DNA from: Candidatus Poribacteria bacterium
GTDB taxonomy: Bacteria > Poribacteria > WGA-4E > PCPOR2b
Reading direction: 5' to 3'
DNA length: 64,000 nucleotides
Assembly (NCBI GenBank): GCA_965116925.1
Contig: OZ220744.1
Coordinates: 5,472,001 to 5,536,000, forward strand
This document shows positions 9,155 through 18,457 of this stretch, one piece after another. The notes under the pieces were generated by a model, which saw nothing but the letters and a program-made list of their open reading frames with translations, ran no database searches and had not been told where the DNA came from. Positions within the stretch are counted from its first letter, which is position 1; the number at the start of each line of letters is the position of its first letter. The translations under genes were made by a program, and so were the position numbers.

Positions 9155-10309
9155 TTATCTGCCCAAACGTTCAAACTCCGTTGAAAGCCAATCCCAATAG
9201 GGACGGGGCATCTCAGAGGGTGGATTTAATGCTGCTTCTCTGCGCCAATGGTGTAATGGATGCTCGCGGTTCTCTTGCGGGAGATCTACGCGCGTACCAT
9301 AAGCGGCAGACTCAAACACCCCCATTAACACCTCCAGCACACGACGCCCCTCCAATCCGCTGCATTCATGCTCCCGTCCTTCGTCCAAGGCCCGGACATA
9401 CTCCTCGACAAACCAGTAGTCTGCCTCTGCTGCACTGCCCCCCGGTTGGTAGCTGTCGGGATAGATTGACTCAAGGGCTTCCCATTGGTCATGCTCCCCG
9501 TCAGGGATAAAGTGGGGTTGGGGCAGCCACCACGCTTGGTCGCCTCGCCACATCAGACGTCCCTCACTGCCGTACAACTCCATCGCATAAGCGGAAGAAT
9601 CCATCTTATCAAAGCGATGCTGGAGGAGCGTTCCGGTCACGTTGTTATCAAATTGCAATGATGCCGTGATATGTTCACAGGCGATGGTCCCCATCCCGCT
9701 CGGTGATGGCACAATATCGTCCGGGGTGATTGGATGCCCGTCTGTTGTCGCTTGCGTAACCACGCTACGCGGACGCCCACCGAACCTGAGCATGTTGTTA
9801 ATCATGTGCGTCCCGATATTCATTAAGCCGTAGCCGCCGTAGTATCCCTTGCCGCTACCGTAGATGTATCGAAGTTCCCCGATTTTTCCTTCTTTGTATG
9901 CACGTCCAATCGCTTGCATTGATGCGCCAACCCGCCCTTGATGGTGCACAGCGGTTCTCACACCTTTCTCCTGCGCCCGCGCAATGACAGCATCCGCTTG
10001 GATCAAGTCGACGCACATCGGTTTTTCGACCTCAATGTTGACGCCGTGTTCCAGGACACGCATACACAGGTCATAGTGGAATTCTGTCCCTGTCGGGATA
10101 GCCACAATGTCCGGCTCCGTTTGGCGAATCATCTCGTCCAAGTCGGTGAAACGCGTAGACACGCCAACCTCATCTCCGAGCGTGTTCAACCGTTCTTCGA
10201 CGAGGTCGCAAAGCGCGACAATCTCTGTCCGTGGATGGGCATGATATGCCCTTGCTGCCGCCGTTCCACGTCCTCGACATCCTAAAATATTGACACGGTA
10301 CGTTTTCAT
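9155..10309 (-). CDS. Gfo/Idh/MocA family oxidoreductase
   Basis: Internal ATG (MKTYRVNILGCRGRG) with SD AAGGGGG; EVEKPM and GLMNIGTH motifs. Confidence 0.85.
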   Translation of the reverse strand: MKTYRVNILGCRGRGTAAARAYHAHPRTEIVALCDLVEERLNTLGDEVGVSTRFTDLDEMIRQTEPDIVAIPTGTEFHYDLCMRVLEHGVNIEVEKPMCVDLIQADAVIARAQEKGVRTAVHHQGRVGASMQAIGRAYKEGKIGELRYIYGSGKGYYGGYGLMNIGTHMINNMLRFGGRPRSVVTQATTDGHPITPDDIVPSPSGMGTIACEHITASLQFDNNVTGTLLQHRFDKMDSSAYAMELYGSEGRLMWRGDQAWWLPQPHFIPDGEHDQWEALESIYPDSYQPGGSAAEADYWFVEEYVRALDEGREHECSGLEGRRVLEVLMGVFESAAYGTRVDLPQENREHPLHHWRREAALNPPSEMPRPYWDWLSTEFERLGR

Positions 10310-10873
10310 TTCTACCCCCTTGTTGAGCCTATTAATCTGAAATCTTAAAATTACCGCCCACGGTCTTTGTAAAATCCATTTTGCGTTTTTTGTGAGACTA
10401 ACCCCGGTATATGCCAATAGCCCTAAACACCCCAACCCAAAGATACCTACTAACCCCATCCACGCTGATAACAGCGCGAGGCTGAGTAAAAATACCCCCA
10501 ACAGCGTGCTCATATCAATAAATTTATCAACGAGTACCAGCGTGAACACTTCCAAACGTCGTTTCGGGAAACAGGCAGCTCGAACCAACTCACCCACACG
10601 AGCAGGGGTGAGCAATGCGGCTCCCATACCGATGAGAAAGGAGCGGAGTGCCACCGTGTAGGAGACTTGAGATTCGCTCGTCTGTAAGAGGTGATGCCAC
10701 TTGAGCACTTTGATCCATACAAACGGCAGCGTCAAGATACTCGCTATAAGCAGGATACTCCAGTTCGCTTGATGTTGAAAATTAGTAATCCGATGGAAAT
10801 CCAACCTATGGCATAACAGAGCAACTAGTACAACGGAGCCAACAATCGGCAAGAGCCATTTTGCTTTTTGCAT
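10310..10873 (-). pseudogene. Truncated lysylphosphatidylglycerol synthase TM / UPF0104 flippase-like membrane protein, in frame with the downstream oxidoreductase
   Basis: Hydrophobic 188-aa segment with the KW...LL, TPARVGELVR and DKFID motifs of the family. C-terminal half is missing and there is no stop before the next ATG. Confidence 0.55.
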
Positions 10874-10910
10874 ACCATAACATTTCCATGGTAGGTATCG
10901 GTCAAGCTAG

Positions 10911-12521
10911 CTATTTTACGATGACCATCCGTCGCGTCGCATGAAAGTCGCCTGCCCGCAGATGATAGTAGTAGATGCCGCTGGAGACCAATTCCCCATT
11001 ATCGCTTCGCCCGTCCCAATACGCCGCCGTTTCTTTCGTAAAATATGATCCCGCAGCTTGTGTACCTAGTTCAATCCGGCGAATACGATGTCCTTGAACA
11101 TTATAGATGTTGATGCTCACATTCGCCTCCCCCACAAGCTGATAGGGAATCCACGTTTCAGGATTGAAGGGATTGGGAAAGTTTTGGAGGAGTGCTGTCC
11201 GCTTCATATCGCCCAACGTCGTCGCTTTTAGAGAAATGGATTCTACCGGGCGCGGTGTTAGAAAATCCTCCCCAGTATCATAAACATAAACCGCACCCGA
11301 TGGATTGTGAGGCACACGGTGTAGATTATCTCCCGGTGCCCCGACGACGGCATAGGGACCTTTCCGAGCGATGGCAACCGAGCTGCCGTAAACGTCGCCC
11401 TCCCAAATTTTATGCGGCTCACCCTGGATTACACGTTTGGGCGTGAACCTCGCTTTCTCAGCCCATGTATCATCCTCCCGTCGAAAGGAGTAGACGGCCC
11501 CGGCATCTTGGTCAACACTATTTTCACGCGGTGCGCCGACGACTACCCGGTTGGTGTCAATATCAACTGCAAATCCGAATCTAGCATTTTCCTCCATATT
11601 ACCAGCACGCAGTCTCAGCTGCTTCGTCCATTTGTCCTCTTGGCGTGTGAAGATATACGCTGCGCCGGCCCGTTGTTGCTCATACGGTGCCCCGATAATG
11701 GCACGATTCCCACTGATCGCGACAGACCAGCCGAAGAGAGCACTGCCAGCACCCTTCGCCCACAACATCACCTGCCGTTTCCAGTGTTTTCCTTGGCGAA
11801 CATAGATAACGGCTGCACCACGGCTTTGAAATCCTCGGACGAACGGTATTCCAACGACAATAGTGTCTCTATCAATAGCAACAGACCAGCCAAACCTATC
11901 GGTTACCAACTCGCCAAAGAATGTTCGTTGTAGTTGAAACTCCCCCTGATCTCGCACATAGACATACACTGCCCCAATCTCTGGACCACTACCGTCACCA
12001 TGAAAAGGTGTTCCAACAACGAGGGTGTCCCCGCTCAGGTCAATGGCGAATCCAAATCGCTCTCCGTTTTTCGCATCCTTCGGTCTCAATTCTTGTTTCA
12101 GTAGGAAATCTTTTCCTGCACGCTGGTAGACGTATACAACACCAGAATCTTCCAAGAAGGCACTAGTGCCGTGAAGGGCTGTTCGAGCCCCAACAACAGC
12201 AGTGTCTCCATCAATGCAGACCGCTCCGCCGAACCAACCTCCTGGGTTCGGACGAGGTGTTTTGATGCGCGCTTGCTGGACCCATGCGTTCCCTTGGCGT
12301 GCGAAGATATAGGCTTCGCCATTCGTCTTGGCCGGTGCCCCAACGATTAGGGTGTCGCCACTGATGTCAACAGTGCCTCCAAAAGCATCAGGTCCCACTT
12401 CTTTCCGAAACACAATAGTTTCCTCGGCGTAGGTTGAGTGAAGCAGGCTAATACTAAAAATAAGAGTCAACACGAAAGTTAATCCCAAGCGAATCAATCG
12501 CGAATATTTGGGCACGGTCAT
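10911..12521 (-). CDS. Secreted FG-GAP repeat beta-propeller protein with C-terminal FlgD-Ig/T9SS-CTD-like domain
   Basis: Signal peptide, about 7 FG.SV.I.G...VVGAP repeats, and a C-terminal LLQNFPNPFNPETWIPYQL...YWDGR...SSGIYYY domain. Confidence 0.88.
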   Translation of the reverse strand: MTVPKYSRLIRLGLTFVLTLIFSISLLHSTYAEETIVFRKEVGPDAFGGTVDISGDTLIVGAPAKTNGEAYIFARQGNAWVQQARIKTPRPNPGGWFGGAVCIDGDTAVVGARTALHGTSAFLEDSGVVYVYQRAGKDFLLKQELRPKDAKNGERFGFAIDLSGDTLVVGTPFHGDGSGPEIGAVYVYVRDQGEFQLQRTFFGELVTDRFGWSVAIDRDTIVVGIPFVRGFQSRGAAVIYVRQGKHWKRQVMLWAKGAGSALFGWSVAISGNRAIIGAPYEQQRAGAAYIFTRQEDKWTKQLRLRAGNMEENARFGFAVDIDTNRVVVGAPRENSVDQDAGAVYSFRREDDTWAEKARFTPKRVIQGEPHKIWEGDVYGSSVAIARKGPYAVVGAPGDNLHRVPHNPSGAVYVYDTGEDFLTPRPVESISLKATTLGDMKRTALLQNFPNPFNPETWIPYQLVGEANVSINIYNVQGHRIRRIELGTQAAGSYFTKETAAYWDGRSDNGELVSSGIYYYHLRAGDFHATRRMVIVK

Positions 12522-12569
12522 AAAACACCTCGCGTAATTTTAATTAACTCGACTCAAAAGAATATCCTA

Positions 12570-14123
12570 TCATTTTTCAGATCCGGTTGCTGAAATTGTC
12601 GCCACACCCGGTGCCTGTTTGGACAACGGAATAGCCGTAGCTCGCCAAGAATCCGGGGGAATATAGTGCTTGTAATCGCTAATTTTTCCGTGTGTCGCCG
12701 CATAGAACAGAAAATTCACACCCAGCCGCAGTGCCGATGGAATCGCATCAACCTTGTTCACACCTTTACCAGGAGCTTCCCAACCATTGTTATAATCATT
12801 ATAGCTGATGACAACAGCCAAGCGTCCATCCAACTCAAACGCAGTCATTGGAAAGGCAGGTCCTGCTTCGTGATTAGGATTTGGAGGCTGCCCGCCAAGC
12901 CGGAACGGTTGATTCCAGATAGGATGATCATTCGGAATCTGTTGCAGTTCTCTCCCGCCTGCCAAAAGGATAATCTCTCGAAACTGTGATCGCATGGAGT
13001 GTGCAAAACGTGCCGGCCTTCCATTTTCCATCTCATCATCGACAAAGATGAATCCTCGTTTTTCAACGAGGTAACGTGTGAGGTTCTGCTTCACCTCTGG
13101 ACGGAGACGAATCGCAGATCCTCCATTCAGATACAGCATCGGCGATTGAAGAATCTCAGGATCATCAATATAAGGTGCCCTACCGACGATGCGCCCTTTG
13201 ATACCCGTGTGGTCATACATCCATCGCATTAGATAGGGTAGAGCTGTCGGATCGAGATACAAAAGCGAGTTCACGTCCCGCTGTCGAAATCGCACATAAC
13301 AGATTTGGATGTGACCAGTCGGCAACCCGGTTCGGGGGTCAGTGTAAATGCAAGCACCTAATTCGTTGGGACGCATTGGGGGTACTAGCTCGTTCCCCAA
13401 CTGAATCCCGTTGATGACAGATTCCAACGCACTGGGTGTTGCAGCGGTAGTACCGATAAAGGATTGAAGTCCAACCGTTGGCGGAGACGGCTTCAACCGG
13501 ATACCCTCCGGCACCCCATTGCCACCCCGTCGGGGGCTATAACCTACCAGTCCTCCACCACCACCCGCACCGCCTGCAGCAAACGCGGAGAATGCTAAAG
13601 CACTAGGCGCATCAGAAGTTGGAAGATTCACATGAGTTACGACCTGCGGAATGGGTTGACTAGAGTCAACGATTCTAGGGCAATGTGGTTGTGGCTGGGA
13701 GTCAAGTTGAAGCGGACGGTTAGAAAATGTAATTTCTTTTTCGGTTGACATCGCAACGGCTCTGACATTTACTGCTATCGTGGTCCGAGGGGTGTGTTGG
13801 CGCGGTTCAGCGACAATTATTGAGTGTGTCGGAACAGTTGGCTGCGTAACAGTTTTCATTGGCGGTTTGAGATTTTTCGGTTTCGGAGGTGCTGAAGATT
13901 TGAGAAAGGTAACAGCCATAGATTCATCAGATGGTCGTATATTTGCTGCCAGAAAAGTGCTCAAAATTAACAGGATTACCCCGTGAACGATGAGTGATAC
14001 GATAAAGGCTTGAGATGTTGGTTTGAGAATTTTGAATCGTTTGGCAGATCTACAGAGTCGAAGTGAACCAATAGCAGATACTATGTGAATATGGGGCTGG
14101 GTTGTTTCATTATATGTAGCCAT
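12570..14123 (-). CDS. DUF4159-like domain protein with TM anchor and Pro/Gly-rich linker
   Basis: TM segment SLIVHGVILLIL, Pro-rich linker, and C-terminal PMLYLNG...GFIFVDD...IPNDHPIW...GRLAVVIS.ND...LRLGVNFLFYA. Confidence 0.7.
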   Translation of the reverse strand: MATYNETTQPHIHIVSAIGSLRLCRSAKRFKILKPTSQAFIVSLIVHGVILLILSTFLAANIRPSDESMAVTFLKSSAPPKPKNLKPPMKTVTQPTVPTHSIIVAEPRQHTPRTTIAVNVRAVAMSTEKEITFSNRPLQLDSQPQPHCPRIVDSSQPIPQVVTHVNLPTSDAPSALAFSAFAAGGAGGGGGLVGYSPRRGGNGVPEGIRLKPSPPTVGLQSFIGTTAATPSALESVINGIQLGNELVPPMRPNELGACIYTDPRTGLPTGHIQICYVRFRQRDVNSLLYLDPTALPYLMRWMYDHTGIKGRIVGRAPYIDDPEILQSPMLYLNGGSAIRLRPEVKQNLTRYLVEKRGFIFVDDEMENGRPARFAHSMRSQFREIILLAGGRELQQIPNDHPIWNQPFRLGGQPPNPNHEAGPAFPMTAFELDGRLAVVISYNDYNNGWEAPGKGVNKVDAIPSALRLGVNFLFYAATHGKISDYKHYIPPDSWRATAIPLSKQAPGVATISATGSEK

Positions 14124-14365
14124 TTCCTCGACCCTCAAAAATTGTTATGCACTTCACCGCATAAAAAAATCGAGTCAATTTCTGTCATGAATTTTGCCAT
14201 GTAGGTTCTTTATCGATTATATTTGCGATATGCCATACCAAAGAGACACAGAGAGCACAGAGATTTTTGGTTCATTAATCCACTGGTTTACTGGCGACCT
14301 GTCAATGAACTAATGAACTCATCGTTGTTTTTCTCCGCGTCTCTGCGGTAGGTTCTATTATAACT

Positions 14366-15499
14366 TCAACCTCCGGTAATTTTGTAACTCAGAATCGTCA
14401 CAAATAGATATGCAGCAATAAGTATGACACCAAACGGACGCTTCAACCTGTCGCCCGAAACAAATATACCGACACGAAAAACGATTAAGATAAATAGCAT
14501 CAGTGGGAAAAGTAGACGGAAAAAGTGCGTTGGTGCCTCCAGCCCACCGCCTGTAACCGCAGCGGCCGCACCAGCGACAAACAGTACGTTGAGGATATCG
14601 GCACCGATAACGTTTCCTACCGCAAGTGCGCCATGTCCTCTCCTTGCAGCAGTCACTGCGGTTACAAATTCTGGCAGAGAGGTTCCGAACGCCACCAATG
14701 TAGCGGCAATGATGCTCTCTGGAACTTTCACCCTTTCAGCGACAATTTTAACCGCTGGAATCAGAACCGATGACGAAGCAACCACTAATAAGATACCGAA
14801 CAGTAACTTGACGACGACAAGCACCGTATTAGCAGATTCGTCGTGGGCATGTTCTACTTCCATTGTGCTGTCGCTGTCGGCATCGCGCGACCAACGAATC
14901 GACTGCCACATATAAGCGGCAAGTAGGATCAGAAAAACAAAACCCATTACCTGTGGGAGACGACCGCCCTCCGAAAAGGTTGTTCCCAATGAACCGAAAG
15001 GCAGACAGGCGATTACCAACAGGAACCCCGCTCCCAGTTGCAGCCAACCTTGGCGATTGACAATTTTCCGATTGAGCGGCAGGGGAGCAATCAGCGCAGC
15101 AGTACCGAGAATCAGCCCGGTGTCGCAGATGATTGATCCAACTGCATTCCCAAGAGCGATATCCGGATCGCCTTGAACAGCGGCGAAAACGGAAACCGCG
15201 GCTTCGGGTGTCGTTGTCCCCAGACTCACAATTGTCGCTCCGATAAGCGTCTGCGGGATGCCCCATCGAGTCGAGAGCGTAACCGCTTCATCAACCAGTA
15301 TATCAGCCCCTTTTCCGAGGAGATAAAGGGTGATCGCGATGATGACAAAGAGCCAGATGGTGTGAAGATTCCCAAGCTTGGATTCGAGCCAGCCTTCTAA
15401 CCCGTGAGGGGTGTCTGCGTCGCCAGAGTCACCAAAAGCAGCAAAACTAAAAACAATGACTACAAAGATTAAACAAAAGAGTAATTTACGTTTCATCAT
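14366..15499 (-). CDS. Calcium/sodium antiporter (YrbG/CaCA family)
   Basis: Two alpha repeats, SLGTTTPE...GNAVGS and AFGTSLPE...GNVIGA. Confidence 0.92.
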   Translation of the reverse strand: MMKRKLLFCLIFVVIVFSFAAFGDSGDADTPHGLEGWLESKLGNLHTIWLFVIIAITLYLLGKGADILVDEAVTLSTRWGIPQTLIGATIVSLGTTTPEAAVSVFAAVQGDPDIALGNAVGSIICDTGLILGTAALIAPLPLNRKIVNRQGWLQLGAGFLLVIACLPFGSLGTTFSEGGRLPQVMGFVFLILLAAYMWQSIRWSRDADSDSTMEVEHAHDESANTVLVVVKLLFGILLVVASSSVLIPAVKIVAERVKVPESIIAATLVAFGTSLPEFVTAVTAARRGHGALAVGNVIGADILNVLFVAGAAAAVTGGGLEAPTHFFRLLFPLMLFILIVFRVGIFVSGDRLKRPFGVILIAAYLFVTILSYKITGG

Positions 15500-15769
15500 C
15501 TCCTCATTATGATTTTTTATAGAGTGCCAGAGACAGAAGCAGCCTCTGATTCATAGTAGCACAATCAATTGGACTACCACGGCTGTTGTCGATCTTATCA
15601 CAAAGCCAGATTAAAAGTCAACTTTTTTCACTAAAGTCATTTGCCCCCATTTTTTTTAAGGGGTTTTATTGTGCTTGGCATTGTGAGGGATATGTGTGAG
15701 AAAGGCTTGTGATATATAATAAAATACCTCCTTACTTCAAACACGCATTGTTTAGAGCAAGGAGGTATT

Positions 15770-15931
15770 ATGAAAGGAAAACAATCCCAAAAACAGGTGA
15801 ATCCCACCCCTATGATAACCATTATCACCGAGATTTTCAAGCCTGTTTTGAAAAAGCCGGCACTAAAAAACGTGATACCCACTCTCATAGCCATAGCCTT
15901 GTCTAATAGGACTATTTATAGTAGATCTTAG
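15770..15931 (+). pseudogene. 53-aa ORF, probable N-terminal transposase remnant or small protein
   Basis: Strong SD AAGGAGGT and upstream TATAAT at 15715-15720. Translation MKGKQSQKQVNPTPMITIITEIFKPVLKKPALKNVIPTLIAIALSNRTIYSRS; the stop falls inside the MITE. Confidence 0.4.
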
Positions 15932-16018
15932 AATTAATGGGACACTCCAAACCGGTGCGGGGGAAAACCGCACCTACCGGGGGGCGAAAGTGTCTATTTA
16001 TTTTTAGAATTCACTATA
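15917..16018. mobile_element. MITE with IS630-type ends carrying a GTAG-type REP hairpin
   Basis: TA-flanked, with 30-bp imperfect TIRs (21/30 identical). The left end matches the IS630 end at 41031-41060 at 23/30 positions. Confidence 0.75.
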
Positions 16019-16046
16019 AATGACCCTAACCGCTAAAAAATAGATC

Positions 16047-16075
16047 TTGACAAATTGATCACGGGTGTCTATAAT
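16047..16075 (+). promoter_or_regulatory. Consensus sigma70 promoter of chrA
   Basis: TTGACA, 17-bp spacer, TATAAT; ends 8 nt before the ATG. Confidence 0.8.
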
Positions 16076-16083
16076 CGAAAAGT

Positions 16084-17247
16084 ATGATGAACAAGATTGG
16101 GCAACTTTTGGGGCTATTTCTCAAGTTAGGTGTCACCGCTTTTGGAGGACCCGCGGCACACATCGCAATGATGGAGGATGAGGTTGTCACACGTCGCGGT
16201 TGGATGACGCGCGAGCGATTCCTGGATCTAATCGGTGCAACGAATCTCATCCCCGGTCCCAACTCCACCGAAATGGCAATCCACATCGGTTTTGTGCGTG
16301 CAGGGATTGCGGGATTGTTGGTTGCAGGTGTCAGCTTTATTCTGCCTGCGGCATTAATTACATTGGGTTGTGCGTGGGTTTACGAACGGTTTCAGACGGT
16401 TCCACAGGCGGAGGCGCTGCTATATGGTATTAAGCCTGCGGTCATCGCTGTTATTCTTAGTGCTGTGTGGCGATTGGGCAAAACAGCGGCGAAGGGCCCC
16501 TTTCTGATTGTTGTCGGATTCTTGGTGATGCTGCTTGTCCTGTTTGGCATCAACGAAATTATAGCGTTGCTCGGTGGTGGGATTGTCGGTATCCTATGGC
16601 AGCTCGGAAGTCGACTGGGCAAAGGGAAAGCAGTACTCGGTTTTGCATGGCTTCCCTCTAGTAATCTGGTACTCGCAGTCACGACTGCCCCTTCGTCGTC
16701 AGTTACCCTCTCTTCTCTTGGGCTCTTCTTCCTCAAAATTGGCTGCGTCCTGTTCGGTAGCGGTTACGTCCTGATCGCCTTCCTGCAAGGTGGTCTAGTT
16801 GAGCAGCATCAATGGTTGACGCAGCAACAACTCCTCGACGCTGTTGCGATTGGGCAGTTCACGCCGGGCCCCGTCCTCACGACTGCCACATTCATCGGCT
16901 ATGTCTTAGCGGGACCTCTTGGTGCGCTTGTGGCGACTCTTGGCATTTTTGGACCATCATTTTTATTTGTATTAGCGACTAACCCACTCATTCCGCGCCT
17001 GCGCCAGTCAGCGGTTGCCGGGGCGTTTCTGGATGCGGTCAACGCAAGCGCGATTGGGTTGATGGCAGCGGTCACGGTTGAGTTAGCGCGTCACACGTTG
17101 CTCGATTGGGAATCCAAGCAGATCGATTGGGGAGCCGGGCTGATTGCTCTCGTATCGGCTGCGGTGCTGTTCCGCTATAAAGTGAACGCAGCGTGGCTGG
17201 TGTTGGGCGGTGCAGTGATAGGTTGGTTGTTGAAGACAGTACTATAA
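16084..17247 (+). CDS. chrA: Chromate efflux transporter (long-chain CHR)
   Basis: LKLGVTAFGGPAAHIA, IPGPNSTE, FGSGYVL and QFTPGP in two homologous halves. Confidence 0.93.
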   Translation: MMNKIGQLLGLFLKLGVTAFGGPAAHIAMMEDEVVTRRGWMTRERFLDLIGATNLIPGPNSTEMAIHIGFVRAGIAGLLVAGVSFILPAALITLGCAWVYERFQTVPQAEALLYGIKPAVIAVILSAVWRLGKTAAKGPFLIVVGFLVMLLVLFGINEIIALLGGGIVGILWQLGSRLGKGKAVLGFAWLPSSNLVLAVTTAPSSSVTLSSLGLFFLKIGCVLFGSGYVLIAFLQGGLVEQHQWLTQQQLLDAVAIGQFTPGPVLTTATFIGYVLAGPLGALVATLGIFGPSFLFVLATNPLIPRLRQSAVAGAFLDAVNASAIGLMAAVTVELARHTLLDWESKQIDWGAGLIALVSAAVLFRYKVNAAWLVLGGAVIGWLLKTVL

Positions 17248-17393
17248 ACATGGCGCCCCTCTGGGGCTAAATGCCCCGCCGAACCAATGATTTTTATGTT
17301 ACCCGCATCACGTTTCAAGTTATCAACAGCTGCAAACCAGCACCATTGGTTATTAGCGTAAAATTAACGAAAGATCTCAGCACAGAGGAAATA

Positions 17394-18197
17394 ATGTATC
17401 CAACGCTCATTGATTTTGGTCCCATAGCGATTCATAGCTTCGGTCTTATGATGGCGTTAGGCTTTCTTGCTGTCCTATTGATTTCACAGCGGGATTTGGC
17501 AAGAAAAGGGCTGGACCCGCGCCCGACATCATCGATAATTTTTGCGGCTGCGGTCGGTGGAATTATTGGCGCCAAACTGTACTCAGCGCTGCAAGATGGC
17601 AGAATCGAAATGGCAGAACTGATTTCAAATAGCGGGTTGGTTTGGTATGGTGGTCTTATTGGTGCGCTTGCTGCCGTTCTGTTTGTCATCCATCGGTCTC
17701 CCAACCCGATTCTGCCGACAATTGATACGATTGGTATGACGACCGTGCTCGGATATGGGATTGGGCGACTCGGGTGCTTTTTCTCTGGAGATGGGGATTA
17801 TGGACCACCGTCAGATCTACCGTGGGCGATGGCATTTCCTAACGGCACAGTGCCGACGGATATTCCCGTCCATCCGACGCCACTTTATGAAACAGGGATG
17901 TCGGTAATCGCTTTTGGATTGCTGTGGTCTATTCGCAAACAGAAGGAAGGTACGCCGGGGTGGCTATTGGGTGGAGCGTTTATTTTGGCGGGTATTGAGC
18001 GTTTTATCGCAGAATTTTTTCGCCTGAATCAACCGGCCCTATTCGGATTGACAGAAGCACAAGTTACAAGTGTTTTGATGATTATTATCGGGGGTTGTCT
18101 TATCTATTGGGTCACGCATCGTTCCGTCACAACAGAGGAAGCAGTTGCTCCAATACCGCCTTCATCCCCTAGACGAAAAAGGCGACGTCGGTCGTAA
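17394..18197 (+). CDS. lgt: Prolipoprotein diacylglyceryl transferase
   Basis: GLVWYGGLIG, IGRLGCFF.GD.YG, HPTPLYE and RFIAEFFR motifs. Start at MYPTL after GAGG. Confidence 0.92.
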   Translation: MYPTLIDFGPIAIHSFGLMMALGFLAVLLISQRDLARKGLDPRPTSSIIFAAAVGGIIGAKLYSALQDGRIEMAELISNSGLVWYGGLIGALAAVLFVIHRSPNPILPTIDTIGMTTVLGYGIGRLGCFFSGDGDYGPPSDLPWAMAFPNGTVPTDIPVHPTPLYETGMSVIAFGLLWSIRKQKEGTPGWLLGGAFILAGIERFIAEFFRLNQPALFGLTEAQVTSVLMIIIGGCLIYWVTHRSVTTEEAVAPIPPSSPRRKRRRRS

Positions 18198-18209
18198 TCT
18201 ATTGCTAGG

Positions 18210-18404
18210 TTACCGTCCTGTTTTTCGCAAGCCCATCGTGATTTTCACGATACCCCTGATCATAACCATTGTTCCCGCGACTAAGAAGACGATAAGTCCC
18301 CACTGCTTGATTTGAGGGGACGGGTGAAAATACCCAATAAACGCAACAACCATTATGAGAATCAGTGTGTTCAACAGGACTTTATTCGTATACCATGTCT
18401 GCAT
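18210..18404 (-). CDS. Small membrane protein (2 TM)
   Basis: 64-aa ORF with two hydrophobic segments and SD GAGG. Confidence 0.6.
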   Translation of the reverse strand: MQTWYTNKVLLNTLILIMVVAFIGYFHPSPQIKQWGLIVFLVAGTMVMIRGIVKITMGLRKTGR

Positions 18405-18457
18405 TGGTTTTTCCTCGCGGGTTCGGGCAGAAACTTATTCGCTAGTCACTTCCTAGG

